A stretch of 64,000 nucleotides of DNA, from contig CAXXWQ010000003.1 of the NCBI GenBank assembly GCA_963674945.2, positions 1,440,001-1,504,000 of the forward strand, given 5' to 3'. Position numbers and translations under genes: made by a program. Positions 52,241 through 61,112 of this stretch are shown piece after piece. Below the pieces are notes generated by a model, which saw only the letters and a list, made by a program, of their open reading frames with translations, searched no databases and had not been told where the DNA came from. How positions within the stretch are numbered: the stretch's first letter is position 1; each line of letters opens with the position of its first letter. The stretch is from an uncultured Desulfosarcina sp. GTDB lineage: Bacteria; Desulfobacterota; Desulfobacteria; Desulfobacterales; Desulfosarcinaceae.

Positions 52241-53416
52241 ATGGATAATCGATACGGTGAGCATAAAAAAGGCAAAAGAAAATACCTGTTTGGAGTAGGA
52301 TGCGTTTTGCTTGTCCTATGCTCAGCAATACCAACATTTGGGGGGGCCATTGACCTGTTGGTGATGCCGTCGGAAAAAGTTGAATGGGCGCCGTATTCCA
52401 TCCTCATGGATGTTGAAAGGGTCGATACCCGCTTAGTGATGGTGGGTGAGAGGGGGCGCATTGTATTTGCAGATGGCGAATGCACCGACTGGACCCAGGG
52501 AGAAGTGCCGGTAAGCGTTACCCTGACAGCAGTCTATTTTCCAACCCCTGATCAAGGATGGGCCGTCGGACATGATGGTGTGGTGCTTCATACCGAAGAC
52601 GGCGGATCCACCTGGGAAAAGCAGCTGGACGGCACACAGATCAATGAGATGGTCCTTGCCCAGATCAAACAGTTAATCGCCCAAAACAATTCTTTTGCGG
52701 AAAATGAAGCCGGACTGACCGAAGAAAAACAAAAGGATATGGAAGCAGAAGCGGAAAGACTACGCTATTTTCAATACGATGCGGAGTTTAGCTTGCAAGA
52801 AGGAGCAAGTCGGCCGTTGCTGGATGTTTGGTTTAAAAATGACAGAGAAGGGATTGTTGTGGGTTCCTACGGCCTCATTCTTTCGACAACAGACGGCGGA
52901 AAGACCTGGCAGCCGATTCTGGACAGGGTCGAAAAGCCGGAGGCACGTCATTTCTACGGCATAATCCGCTGCGGAGACGATCTCTTCATCGCAGGGGAGT
53001 CGGGCACTTTGTTACGGTCGGCGGATTTCGGCAAAAGCTGGCAGCGCCTGAAGTCTCCATACGATGGGACCTTTTTCAGCATTATCGGTGATCCGTCCGG
53101 CGGTTTTGTAGCGGCCTTCGGGCTGAAGGGTACCTTCTTTTACTCCCTGGACCGCGGAGAAACCTGGCTCCCTTCAAAAACCGGCCTTGCGGCAGCGATT
53201 TCCTGCGGCGCCTTTCTATCGGATGGATCTTTTGTTATTGTGAGCGTTGACGGTGTCATTTTAAGAAGCAAAGACCGGGGAAAAACCTTTACAGCGCTTC
53301 CTGCAAAAGCGCCCGGGAGTGTTGCCATTACTGATGTGAGAAGAGACGTACTGATGGCGGTAGGAATCATGGGGTTTTCCCGAATAGAAATCAACAACCA
53401 AAGCAGTGAGAAATAA
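52241..53416 (+). CDS. YCF48/BNR (Asp-box) repeat beta-propeller protein
   Basis: repeated T/S-x-D-x-G-x-T/S-W boxes; VGERG, GWAVGHDG. Confidence 0.9.
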   Translation: MDNRYGEHKKGKRKYLFGVGCVLLVLCSAIPTFGGAIDLLVMPSEKVEWAPYSILMDVERVDTRLVMVGERGRIVFADGECTDWTQGEVPVSVTLTAVYFPTPDQGWAVGHDGVVLHTEDGGSTWEKQLDGTQINEMVLAQIKQLIAQNNSFAENEAGLTEEKQKDMEAEAERLRYFQYDAEFSLQEGASRPLLDVWFKNDREGIVVGSYGLILSTTDGGKTWQPILDRVEKPEARHFYGIIRCGDDLFIAGESGTLLRSADFGKSWQRLKSPYDGTFFSIIGDPSGGFVAAFGLKGTFFYSLDRGETWLPSKTGLAAAISCGAFLSDGSFVIVSVDGVILRSKDRGKTFTALPAKAPGSVAITDVRRDVLMAVGIMGFSRIEINNQSSEK

Positions 53417-53428
53417 AGGAAAATATAT

Positions 53429-55780
53429 ATGATGCCGAAGAACGTATCAACTGAAGTTGGTGGCTCCTATTTAGACGGTGCGCCCTTTATGGAAAGGCTG
53501 CTCTTTGCCAAACGTCCGCTCGTTATAGCGATATTTATACTCCTGACTATCTTTTTCGGCTATCATATGCTTCAGATGAAACCTGAGGCCAGCTTTTTGG
53601 AAATGATCCCCACCTATCATCCATTCATTAAAAATTATATTGAGCACAAGGATGATCTCAAGGAAATGGGCAACATTGTCCGTATCTGCGTCGAAACGAC
53701 CAAGGGGAGTATTTTAAGTAAAGAATACCTGGACGTACTAAAAAAAGCAAGCGACGATGTGTTTTTTATTTCCGGTGTAAACCGGGCGGGACTGAAGTCG
53801 CTGTGGACATCGAATTGCAGATGGTTAGAGGTAACCGAAGAGGGTTTTGAAGGGGGGGAAGTCATCCCAATGGGCTACTCCGGCACCCAGAAAGACCTGG
53901 AACAGGTCCGGGCGAATATTATGAAGGCCAGTGTGATTGGCACTCTGGTGGCAAACGATTTCAAGTCCACCATCATCCTGGCGCCCCTTCATGATATTGA
54001 TCCGGAAACGAGAAAACCACTTGACTATCATCAATTTGCGAAAAAGATAGAGGCGGTTCGAAGCCAGTTCCAGAATGACGATATCAAGATCCACATCACC
54101 GGATTTGCCAAAATCGTTGGGGACCTCATCGAAGGTTCCACCCGGGTTCTGCTGTTTTTTTTCATCGCCTTCGTGATTCTGCTGCTGATCCTGTGGCACA
54201 ATTCACGGTGCCCGAAAAGCACGGCCATGCGGGCGATCTCCTCCTTGACGGCGGTGGTCTGGCAGTTGGGGATCATGAGACTCTTCGGGTTGGGGTTAAA
54301 TCCCTATTCCATGCTGGTACCGTTTCTCATGTTTGCCCTGGGTGTCAGCCACGGCATCCAGATGTTCAACGCCATGGCCCTGGAGATGATGAACGGGGCG
54401 GATAAATTGAAAGCGGCCCGCCTGGCCTATCGCTCTGTCTACATACCGGGATTGGCCGCGCTGTTCACCGACATGATCGGGTTTGCCACCTTGATGGTGA
54501 TCCAAATCGGCGTGATCCAGGACATCGCCGTTGGGGCCAGCATCGGTGTGGCCGTGGTGGCCTTTACCGACCTGATGTTTTTGCCCTTGTTGATGTCCTA
54601 TTCGGGAATCAGTAACAAAACCATAGAATTGTTGAAAGGGCGTTCAGCGGGGACGAAACATCCGGTATGGTCCTTATTGACCCGATTTACAGAGCCGAAG
54701 TGGGCATACGGTGTGGTCTTGGTTGCCTGTATCGGTCTTGCGGCCGGCATTACCATGCGCCAGGATTTGAAAACCGGTGATCTGGACCCCGGCGCCCCTG
54801 AACTGCGGCAGGATTCCCGCTACAACATGGACAACGCTCATATGAACGCCCACTATTCGGCCAGCAGTGATATATTCGTTGTGATGCTCAAAACACCGAA
54901 GAACGGCCTCAGCGCTTATCGGACGGTGGTGCTCACCGATATGCTGGACGAGAAGCTGACCCACGAAGTTGAAGGCGTACAGAACGTCGTATCTCATACG
55001 GACTGGATAAAGTACATCGGTCTGGGCAATATGGAAGGCCACCTGAAATGGTTGGCCCTCCCCCGGAGCCCAAAACTCCTTGATAATTTGGTCAATTATA
55101 TTCCACAGAACTTTCAGAAGCGGGAGTTAAGTTTTACGCCCATGCTGGTCTATCTGGATGACCACCGGGCGGAAACCCTGGAGCGGGTGGTGGCGACCGT
55201 CGATGAATTTGCCAAGAAGTACAATACGGACACCGTTCAGTTTGTGATGGGCGCGGGCAACGCCGGTATCGAGGCGGCCACCAATGTGGAGGTGGAAAGG
55301 GCGCTGATAAAATTGACCGTTCTGATATATGGGGTTGTATTTTTGGTGTGTCTGGTTACCTACCGAAATTTCAAGGGAGCCGTATGCGTTGTTGCTCCCC
55401 TGGTACTCACCTCCGTGCTGTGCGAGTCCCTGATGGCAAAAATGGGCATCGGTATCAAGGTGGCAACATTGCCCGTCATTGCCGTGGGGGTCGGTATCGG
55501 GGTGGACTATGGCATCTATATTTATAACAAGCTGGTTTACTACAGGGATGAGCTGGGGCACAAGCTGACGCCGGCCTACTACCGGACCCTGAACACAACA
55601 GGGAGAGCTGTCTCTTTCACCGGTATTACCCTGTCCATCGGCGTCGCCACATGGGCCTTTTCACCCATCAAATTCCAGGCGGATATGGGATTTCTATTAA
55701 CCTTCATGTTCCTGTGGAACATGGTTGGCGCCATGGTGCTTTTGCCTGCCCTTGCACGAATTCTATGGAAGAAAAGGTAG
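53429..55780 (+). CDS. RND/MMPL-family transporter
   Basis: two TM bundles; GVSHGIQ, TDMIGF, GIGVDYGIY, KFQADMG. Confidence 0.92.
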   Translation: MMPKNVSTEVGGSYLDGAPFMERLLFAKRPLVIAIFILLTIFFGYHMLQMKPEASFLEMIPTYHPFIKNYIEHKDDLKEMGNIVRICVETTKGSILSKEYLDVLKKASDDVFFISGVNRAGLKSLWTSNCRWLEVTEEGFEGGEVIPMGYSGTQKDLEQVRANIMKASVIGTLVANDFKSTIILAPLHDIDPETRKPLDYHQFAKKIEAVRSQFQNDDIKIHITGFAKIVGDLIEGSTRVLLFFFIAFVILLLILWHNSRCPKSTAMRAISSLTAVVWQLGIMRLFGLGLNPYSMLVPFLMFALGVSHGIQMFNAMALEMMNGADKLKAARLAYRSVYIPGLAALFTDMIGFATLMVIQIGVIQDIAVGASIGVAVVAFTDLMFLPLLMSYSGISNKTIELLKGRSAGTKHPVWSLLTRFTEPKWAYGVVLVACIGLAAGITMRQDLKTGDLDPGAPELRQDSRYNMDNAHMNAHYSASSDIFVVMLKTPKNGLSAYRTVVLTDMLDEKLTHEVEGVQNVVSHTDWIKYIGLGNMEGHLKWLALPRSPKLLDNLVNYIPQNFQKRELSFTPMLVYLDDHRAETLERVVATVDEFAKKYNTDTVQFVMGAGNAGIEAATNVEVERALIKLTVLIYGVVFLVCLVTYRNFKGAVCVVAPLVLTSVLCESLMAKMGIGIKVATLPVIAVGVGIGVDYGIYIYNKLVYYRDELGHKLTPAYYRTLNTTGRAVSFTGITLSIGVATWAFSPIKFQADMGFLLTFMFLWNMVGAMVLLPALARILWKKR

Positions 55781-55839
55781 TTTATTAAAGCATGCATGTA
55801 AACATTGACTCCGAGAAATAATGAACCAGAGGATGAGAA

Positions 55840-57099
55840 ATGAGCAACCAGATTGGAAAGATCAGTGTTTTGGCCATGGTAGTAATTTTTTTAGCCGTCT
55901 GTAACTGTTATGCAGGAGCGGGCGCCAGAAATATTACATTGCCGAGCGCACAAGCATTGCTTAGCGGCCAGGGGCGATATGCGGAAACAGAAGACGCGGA
56001 CACTGTTCTTAACAATCCGGCGGGCGCGGCTTACATGGATGACGGCTTGCATTTTCACTTTTCGGCGAATATCGCAAATAATCAATGGAATATCAAAAAT
56101 GTGGAAACCGGTGTGGAATATGAGACCGAAACCCTCGGAATGATTCCCGCCTTTGCGTTCACTTATAAGAAAAACAACTGGGCCGTTTTTCAAACCTTTT
56201 CCTTTCCCGGCGGCAATGGATCGGGAGATTATGACAGATATCCCATGTTTGATATTGCAGCGGATATGGCGTCCGTTATGCTCGGCCAAACCGTTACGGC
56301 CGAAAATCAGAAATTTGAGTTTTCCGGCGGTAAAGGCGCCCTGTCGATTGGAGGTTCCTGGGCGATAAATGATATGTTTTCGGCAGGCTATGCCGTACGA
56401 ATAGTTCATGCATCGAGTTTTATCGATGCCGAAGCGACATTGATGAACCAGGATACAGGCCAAGAACTTCGCCGTATCAGATTGGATCAGGAGAGCGAGG
56501 GGTGGGGCCTCGGGCACTCGCTTTGTATGCTTCTCAGACATGACAAGTTCAAACTCGGCCTGCGATTCGATCCCGAGGTAAAAATCCAAAAAAAAGCAGA
56601 CGTAAAACCAGGCGACAATTCCGGAACCGTCAATGGGTCCAAGACACACGACGACCTGCCGGCCGCCCTGTTATCGGGTGCAAGCTATCAACTTACGCCC
56701 AAATTCAAATTCGGCGGTGGATTTGGCTATTATTTTCAAAAAGGTGTGAATGGAGACGAAGAACCGATTACGGACCATTGGAATAACGCCTGGGAAGTAC
56801 AAGGATTCGTTGAATACGCGCTTACACCTGAATGGGAAATTCTCGCCGGTGTGAATTACAATGCGCCCGGTATCCCAGACGAGGCCTATACGCTGCAAAA
56901 TACGTCCTACGCCAATGCGCTGCAATTCGAATTGGGTACGCAGTGGCGTCCCAATCCGCACTGGAGCTATATCGCAGGCGTCGGATATACGCATTACCCG
57001 AACAATCCAAGGACTTTGGGTGACGAAAACGGAATTTACGAAAGAAGAGTCGGCAGACCCGTAATAAATTATATCGTGGGTATCGAGTACACGAGGTAA
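55840..57099 (+). CDS. OmpP1/FadL/TodX-like outer-membrane channel
   Basis: signal peptide, DADTVLNNPAG hatch motif, beta-strand pattern ending VGIEYTR. Confidence 0.75.
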   Translation: MSNQIGKISVLAMVVIFLAVCNCYAGAGARNITLPSAQALLSGQGRYAETEDADTVLNNPAGAAYMDDGLHFHFSANIANNQWNIKNVETGVEYETETLGMIPAFAFTYKKNNWAVFQTFSFPGGNGSGDYDRYPMFDIAADMASVMLGQTVTAENQKFEFSGGKGALSIGGSWAINDMFSAGYAVRIVHASSFIDAEATLMNQDTGQELRRIRLDQESEGWGLGHSLCMLLRHDKFKLGLRFDPEVKIQKKADVKPGDNSGTVNGSKTHDDLPAALLSGASYQLTPKFKFGGGFGYYFQKGVNGDEEPITDHWNNAWEVQGFVEYALTPEWEILAGVNYNAPGIPDEAYTLQNTSYANALQFELGTQWRPNPHWSYIAGVGYTHYPNNPRTLGDENGIYERRVGRPVINYIVGIEYTR

Positions 57100-57407
57100 T
57101 GAATTATAATACTTTCGTAAACTAAAGAAAGCATCGGCAAGCGCGTACTTTCATCAACGGCAACGATTTGACTCTGTAATCGGTTTGTACGATGTTCGCG
57201 TAACGGCGAAGCATCCGATAGAAATGAGAACGGAGCCTGTGAAAGTTTAAAGACAGTGGAGAAAAAGGACGGAGCCTCCGATGGCTCCTTCGGAGGCTTT
57301 GAGAAGTGATTCGTAGCATTTTTTAACGCTTAGCTCGCTTCCGGTACGGAGATTGACGAACATCTATGTCCGCATTCCTGATGATGTTCATCTCCGGGGC
57401 CCAAAGA

Positions 57408-57721
57408 GGAGAAACAGCAGGTCGTGTGGCGCGATCATTTCAGATTGTGATAGCAAATAATTCAATTATCTGTTTATATTATAGAAATCATTATTTCTAT
57501 AACCTGCCTTAGGCATGTGTTTGCCTGCTGTCGTCGCTGAAAATAACCATCCCAATTGGAATCGTAAAAACACCACGGCCCACTTAGATGATTTATGTTG
57601 CTGCAAAACTCTTATGTCAATATAACCAATGTTATTTTTAATTTTTTTGTTGTTTATACAGCCATATTTTAGCACATATATTGTATTTTTTTATTTTTTT
57701 ATATTTTTTGTTACGGACGAA
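57408..57721 (-). repeat. long non-coding inverted repeat, right copy
   Basis: reverse complement of 47975-48290. Confidence 0.92.
57592..57620 (-). promoter_or_regulatory. sigma70-like promoter inside the right repeat, facing the end of the uptake operon
   Basis: minus strand TTGACA-17bp-CATAAA. Confidence 0.5.
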
Positions 57722-57992
57722 TTAGCCCGTATCCATTTGAAAAAACCCAAGTTCGACGCGAATCATTTCGCTTGAAAAGTATCATTGCAGACAGCTTCTC
57801 CAGGCAGCTTGCGTGTAAAGAAATGTAAAACACAGATTGATTGAAACAATGAGAATCTGGTACAAGATTTTGAAAATCGCATAAGACAGGCGGCGTTATT
57901 CAAGCAATAATACAATGATGCCTATTAAGGATAAAATAGTCTTCGAATTTTGTGATATCTTATAATCGTTCAAATTATAGACCGGTGCTAAA

Positions 57993-58943
57993 ATGGGCAA
58001 GGTTAGAGGAAGTGACCGTTTTACATTAGATGAACTGGACCTCATGTTGGCCAAGGAATTGGAACAGGATGCAAGGCAGAGCAATCGCTTTCTGTCCAAA
58101 AAGATTGGAATCAATGAAGCCACTTTGAAAAGGAGAGTAAAGAGACTCCAAGATAAAAAAGCCATCAATTATATTACGAAAACTGATCGCCACCTGCTCG
58201 GGCTGCATAATTCTGTGATCCTGGGACTAAGTGTGAGACGAGGAATGGTAGACAAGGTGGTTGAACGTCTGCGATCCAGGAAGAGAATAAGGAGTATTCT
58301 TCTGACGACGGGGCGCTATGACATTGTGATAGATGCAATGCTGCATGACAATCGAGAATTGGTCGATTTCTTCGATGAAGAATTGGGTAAGATTCCATAT
58401 CTTACAAATGTTGACAAGATAATTTTTCTCGAAACCATGAAATCGTCCTTAAGACATTTGAATGCTGACACCAATCGGTATGTAAAGCCTGCGCCCGCAA
58501 ATCTTGATAGCCTGGATCTTGATATAGTCAGAGAGCTGGAGCTAAACCCAAGGGAAAGTGTTATGAATTTGGCAAAAAAACTGGGCGTGAACCGATGGTT
58601 GATAGGCAACAGGTTGAAAGCTCTTCTTGCCAATCGAGTCATACAAGTATTCGGATTATTAAGCCCTTCATATCTCGGTCTCAAAGTGAGAGTTTTTATA
58701 TTTGTGAACGTCCAACCTGGAAAGGTCAGATCTGTGGCAGAAAACCTCATTATTGAAAAGAGAGTCCAACAAATCCACATAATAACAGGATCGTTTGACC
58801 TGTTTTTAGTTGCAATTTTCCCTGATATGGAAGAATTATCCGATTTCCTCAAGAATCATTTGGGTAGTTACTCCGGTGTGGTCTCGCATGAGACGATGAT
58901 ACAGGTTTCATGTGCAAAGCATTCTCTTTCACTGTTGACCTGA
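57993..58943 (+). CDS. tandem double Lrp/AsnC regulator (two HTH-RAM units)
   Basis: LDELDLMLAKELEQDARQS..TTGRYD and LDSLDLDIVRELELNPRES..ITGSFD. Confidence 0.9.
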   Translation: MGKVRGSDRFTLDELDLMLAKELEQDARQSNRFLSKKIGINEATLKRRVKRLQDKKAINYITKTDRHLLGLHNSVILGLSVRRGMVDKVVERLRSRKRIRSILLTTGRYDIVIDAMLHDNRELVDFFDEELGKIPYLTNVDKIIFLETMKSSLRHLNADTNRYVKPAPANLDSLDLDIVRELELNPRESVMNLAKKLGVNRWLIGNRLKALLANRVIQVFGLLSPSYLGLKVRVFIFVNVQPGKVRSVAENLIIEKRVQQIHIITGSFDLFLVAIFPDMEELSDFLKNHLGSYSGVVSHETMIQVSCAKHSLSLLT

Positions 58944-59138
58944 GCAAACGCTGCATCTTCAAAGCCACCTGTGCTGATACCACCCATTTACATCCACCCA
59001 AAAAGGACGTGCAGCGATCAGGGAATAAAATTGACCGATTCGTAAAAAGCTTTTCCCATTTTACGCCAACGGTAAAATAATGGGAAAATGCGTTTCTTTC
59101 GTAATACGGTTCGGTTACCTTTGGTCTGGAAAAGCTTT

Positions 59139-60107
59139 TTACAGCTCTTCGATGGCCTCGGTCAGCTCGGGCAGGAAATCGAGGATGTCGGCTTCGATGC
59201 CCACGTCGGCCACCTGGAAAATGGGTGCCTTGACGTTCTTGTTGATGGCCACGATAAAGGGCGCTCCCTTGATGCCCCCCATGTGCTGAAAACTGCCCGA
59301 GATGCCGCAGGCAAGGTACACCTTGGGCTTGACCGTCTGGCCCGATGTTCCCACTTGGCGGGATTTCTCCAGCCACTTGGCATCCACGATGGGGCGGGAG
59401 CAGGAGACCACGGCCCCCATGGCGTCGGCCAGTTCCTGGGCGATCTCGATGTTCTCCTCGTCTTCGATACCCCGGCCGATGGAGACCAGGACGTCCGATT
59501 TGGTGATGTCCACGTCGCCCACCTCGGCTTCCACGATCTCAAGGAAGGTGCGGTTTACGGTAAGATCGCCGGCATCGCCGCTTTTGTCCTCCACCGTGCC
59601 TCCGGCAGCCTTGCTTTCATCCGCGGCAAAGGCGCCGGGGCGGATGTTCACCACCACACCCTTGGCCATATTCACGTTCACGTGGGTGCTCACCATGCCC
59701 GAATACTCCTGGCGGATCACCTTCAGGTTGTCGCCGTCCGTCCCCTCGATGTCCACGACGTCGGACACGAAGGCCGAATCCAGCTTGATGGAAAGGCCGG
59801 GGCCAAGGTCCATGCCGAAGGTGTCGTGGGGAATCAGCACGATGGCACCTTTCGGCAATCCGTTTACCAGCAGTTTTCGGACCACCTCGGCGTTGGGATA
59901 GGCCAGGAGGTCATTGTCGAATTTGAAGACCTTGGGATAGGTTGCGGCGACCGCATCGGCCACCTTGTCCAGGTCCGCGCCCGCACCGGTCACGATGGCG
60001 GTGACGGATGCATCGGCATCGATCTTCCCGGCAGCGGTGATCAGTTCCAGGGCCGCGTCGTCGGCCACACCATTTTTGTGGGGGATGTATGCAAAAATAT
60101 CAGCCAT
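59139..60107 (-). CDS. etfA: electron transfer flavoprotein alpha subunit
   Basis: SIGRGI, CSRPIVD, QVGTSGQTVKP, GISGSFQH. Confidence 0.95.
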   Translation of the reverse strand: MADIFAYIPHKNGVADDAALELITAAGKIDADASVTAIVTGAGADLDKVADAVAATYPKVFKFDNDLLAYPNAEVVRKLLVNGLPKGAIVLIPHDTFGMDLGPGLSIKLDSAFVSDVVDIEGTDGDNLKVIRQEYSGMVSTHVNVNMAKGVVVNIRPGAFAADESKAAGGTVEDKSGDAGDLTVNRTFLEIVEAEVGDVDITKSDVLVSIGRGIEDEENIEIAQELADAMGAVVSCSRPIVDAKWLEKSRQVGTSGQTVKPKVYLACGISGSFQHMGGIKGAPFIVAINKNVKAPIFQVADVGIEADILDFLPELTEAIEEL

Positions 60108-60880
60108 TATTTCAGCCCTCCTTTGGCCTTGAGCAGTTCAATGAGCTTGGCGATGATCTCTTCGGTGCTGCCCTCGAGCATCTCGGCACCATCGCCCAGT
60201 TCCGGAACGAAGTAGTCGGCGCGCTTCACATTGGCCTCGCCCAGGTCAACGCCGAGATCCGATGCGCCCAACTGGGGAATCTCCACCGAGGCCACCTTGC
60301 GGATGCCCCGGATGCCCACGTAGCGCGGCTCGTTGATGCCCGTCTGAATGGAAAGCACGCAGGGTAAAGAAATCTCGTTCATCTCCTGGTTGCCCCCCTC
60401 GATCTCGCGGCCTACCTTGAGCTTGTCGCCGGCCACCTCGATCTTGTTCACCAAAGAGGCGTAAGGGTAATCCAGCATGGCGGCCACCATGCCCCCCACC
60501 TGGCCCGCGCCGCCGTCGGCCTGGGCACCGGTGAGGATCAAATCGTAGTTGCCCTTTTGTACCGCCGCCGCGAGGAGCGCCGCCGTCTGCCGGCCGTCGA
60601 TGCCGTCAAAGGCGTCGTCGCAGAGCAAAATACCGTTGTCCGCGCCCATGGCCATCTCCCGGCGAAGTACCTCTTCGGACTCGTCGTCGCCAACGGTTAC
60701 CACCGTCACCGATCCGCCGTGCGCGTCGCGCAGTTGAATCGCCTCTTCCACGGCGTAGTTGTCCCACTCGTTGACCGAATAGACCAGGTCGTCCCGTTCG
60801 ATATCACTACCGTCGCCGGACACCTCGATCTCGTTCTCCGCGGTGTCGGGAACCCGTTTCACACAGACGAGTATTTCCAT
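60107..60880 (-). CDS. etfB: electron transfer flavoprotein beta subunit
   Basis: ILVCVKRVPD, NEWDNYAVEEA, INEPRY. Confidence 0.95.
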   Translation of the reverse strand: MEILVCVKRVPDTAENEIEVSGDGSDIERDDLVYSVNEWDNYAVEEAIQLRDAHGGSVTVVTVGDDESEEVLRREMAMGADNGILLCDDAFDGIDGRQTAALLAAAVQKGNYDLILTGAQADGGAGQVGGMVAAMLDYPYASLVNKIEVAGDKLKVGREIEGGNQEMNEISLPCVLSIQTGINEPRYVGIRGIRKVASVEIPQLGASDLGVDLGEANVKRADYFVPELGDGAEMLEGSTEEIIAKLIELLKAKGGLK

Positions 60881-60911
60881 AGGTTACCCCCTGTTATCTT
60901 TTCATACACAG

Positions 60912-61036
60912 AGAATTCAGGAGCCAGAATTCAGTATTCAGAATCCACCGGAAGTCGCTTCGCTCCATCCGCTTCAATTTGATTGAGCCAAAGGCGAATT
61001 ATTCTTCTGGATTCTGACTTCTGTCTCCTGGATTCT
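60912..61036. repeat. palindromic heptamer-arm element (REP/MITE-like)
   Basis: arms 60912-60943 and 61005-61036 are inverted repeats (27/32) built from 7-bp units. Confidence 0.8.
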
Positions 61037-61112
61037 ATCAATCGAATCTTCTATTTCCAATTCTTAATTGTCACCTAAAGTGGCGGGCGATCAATCGCGA
61101 CAGACCGATATC

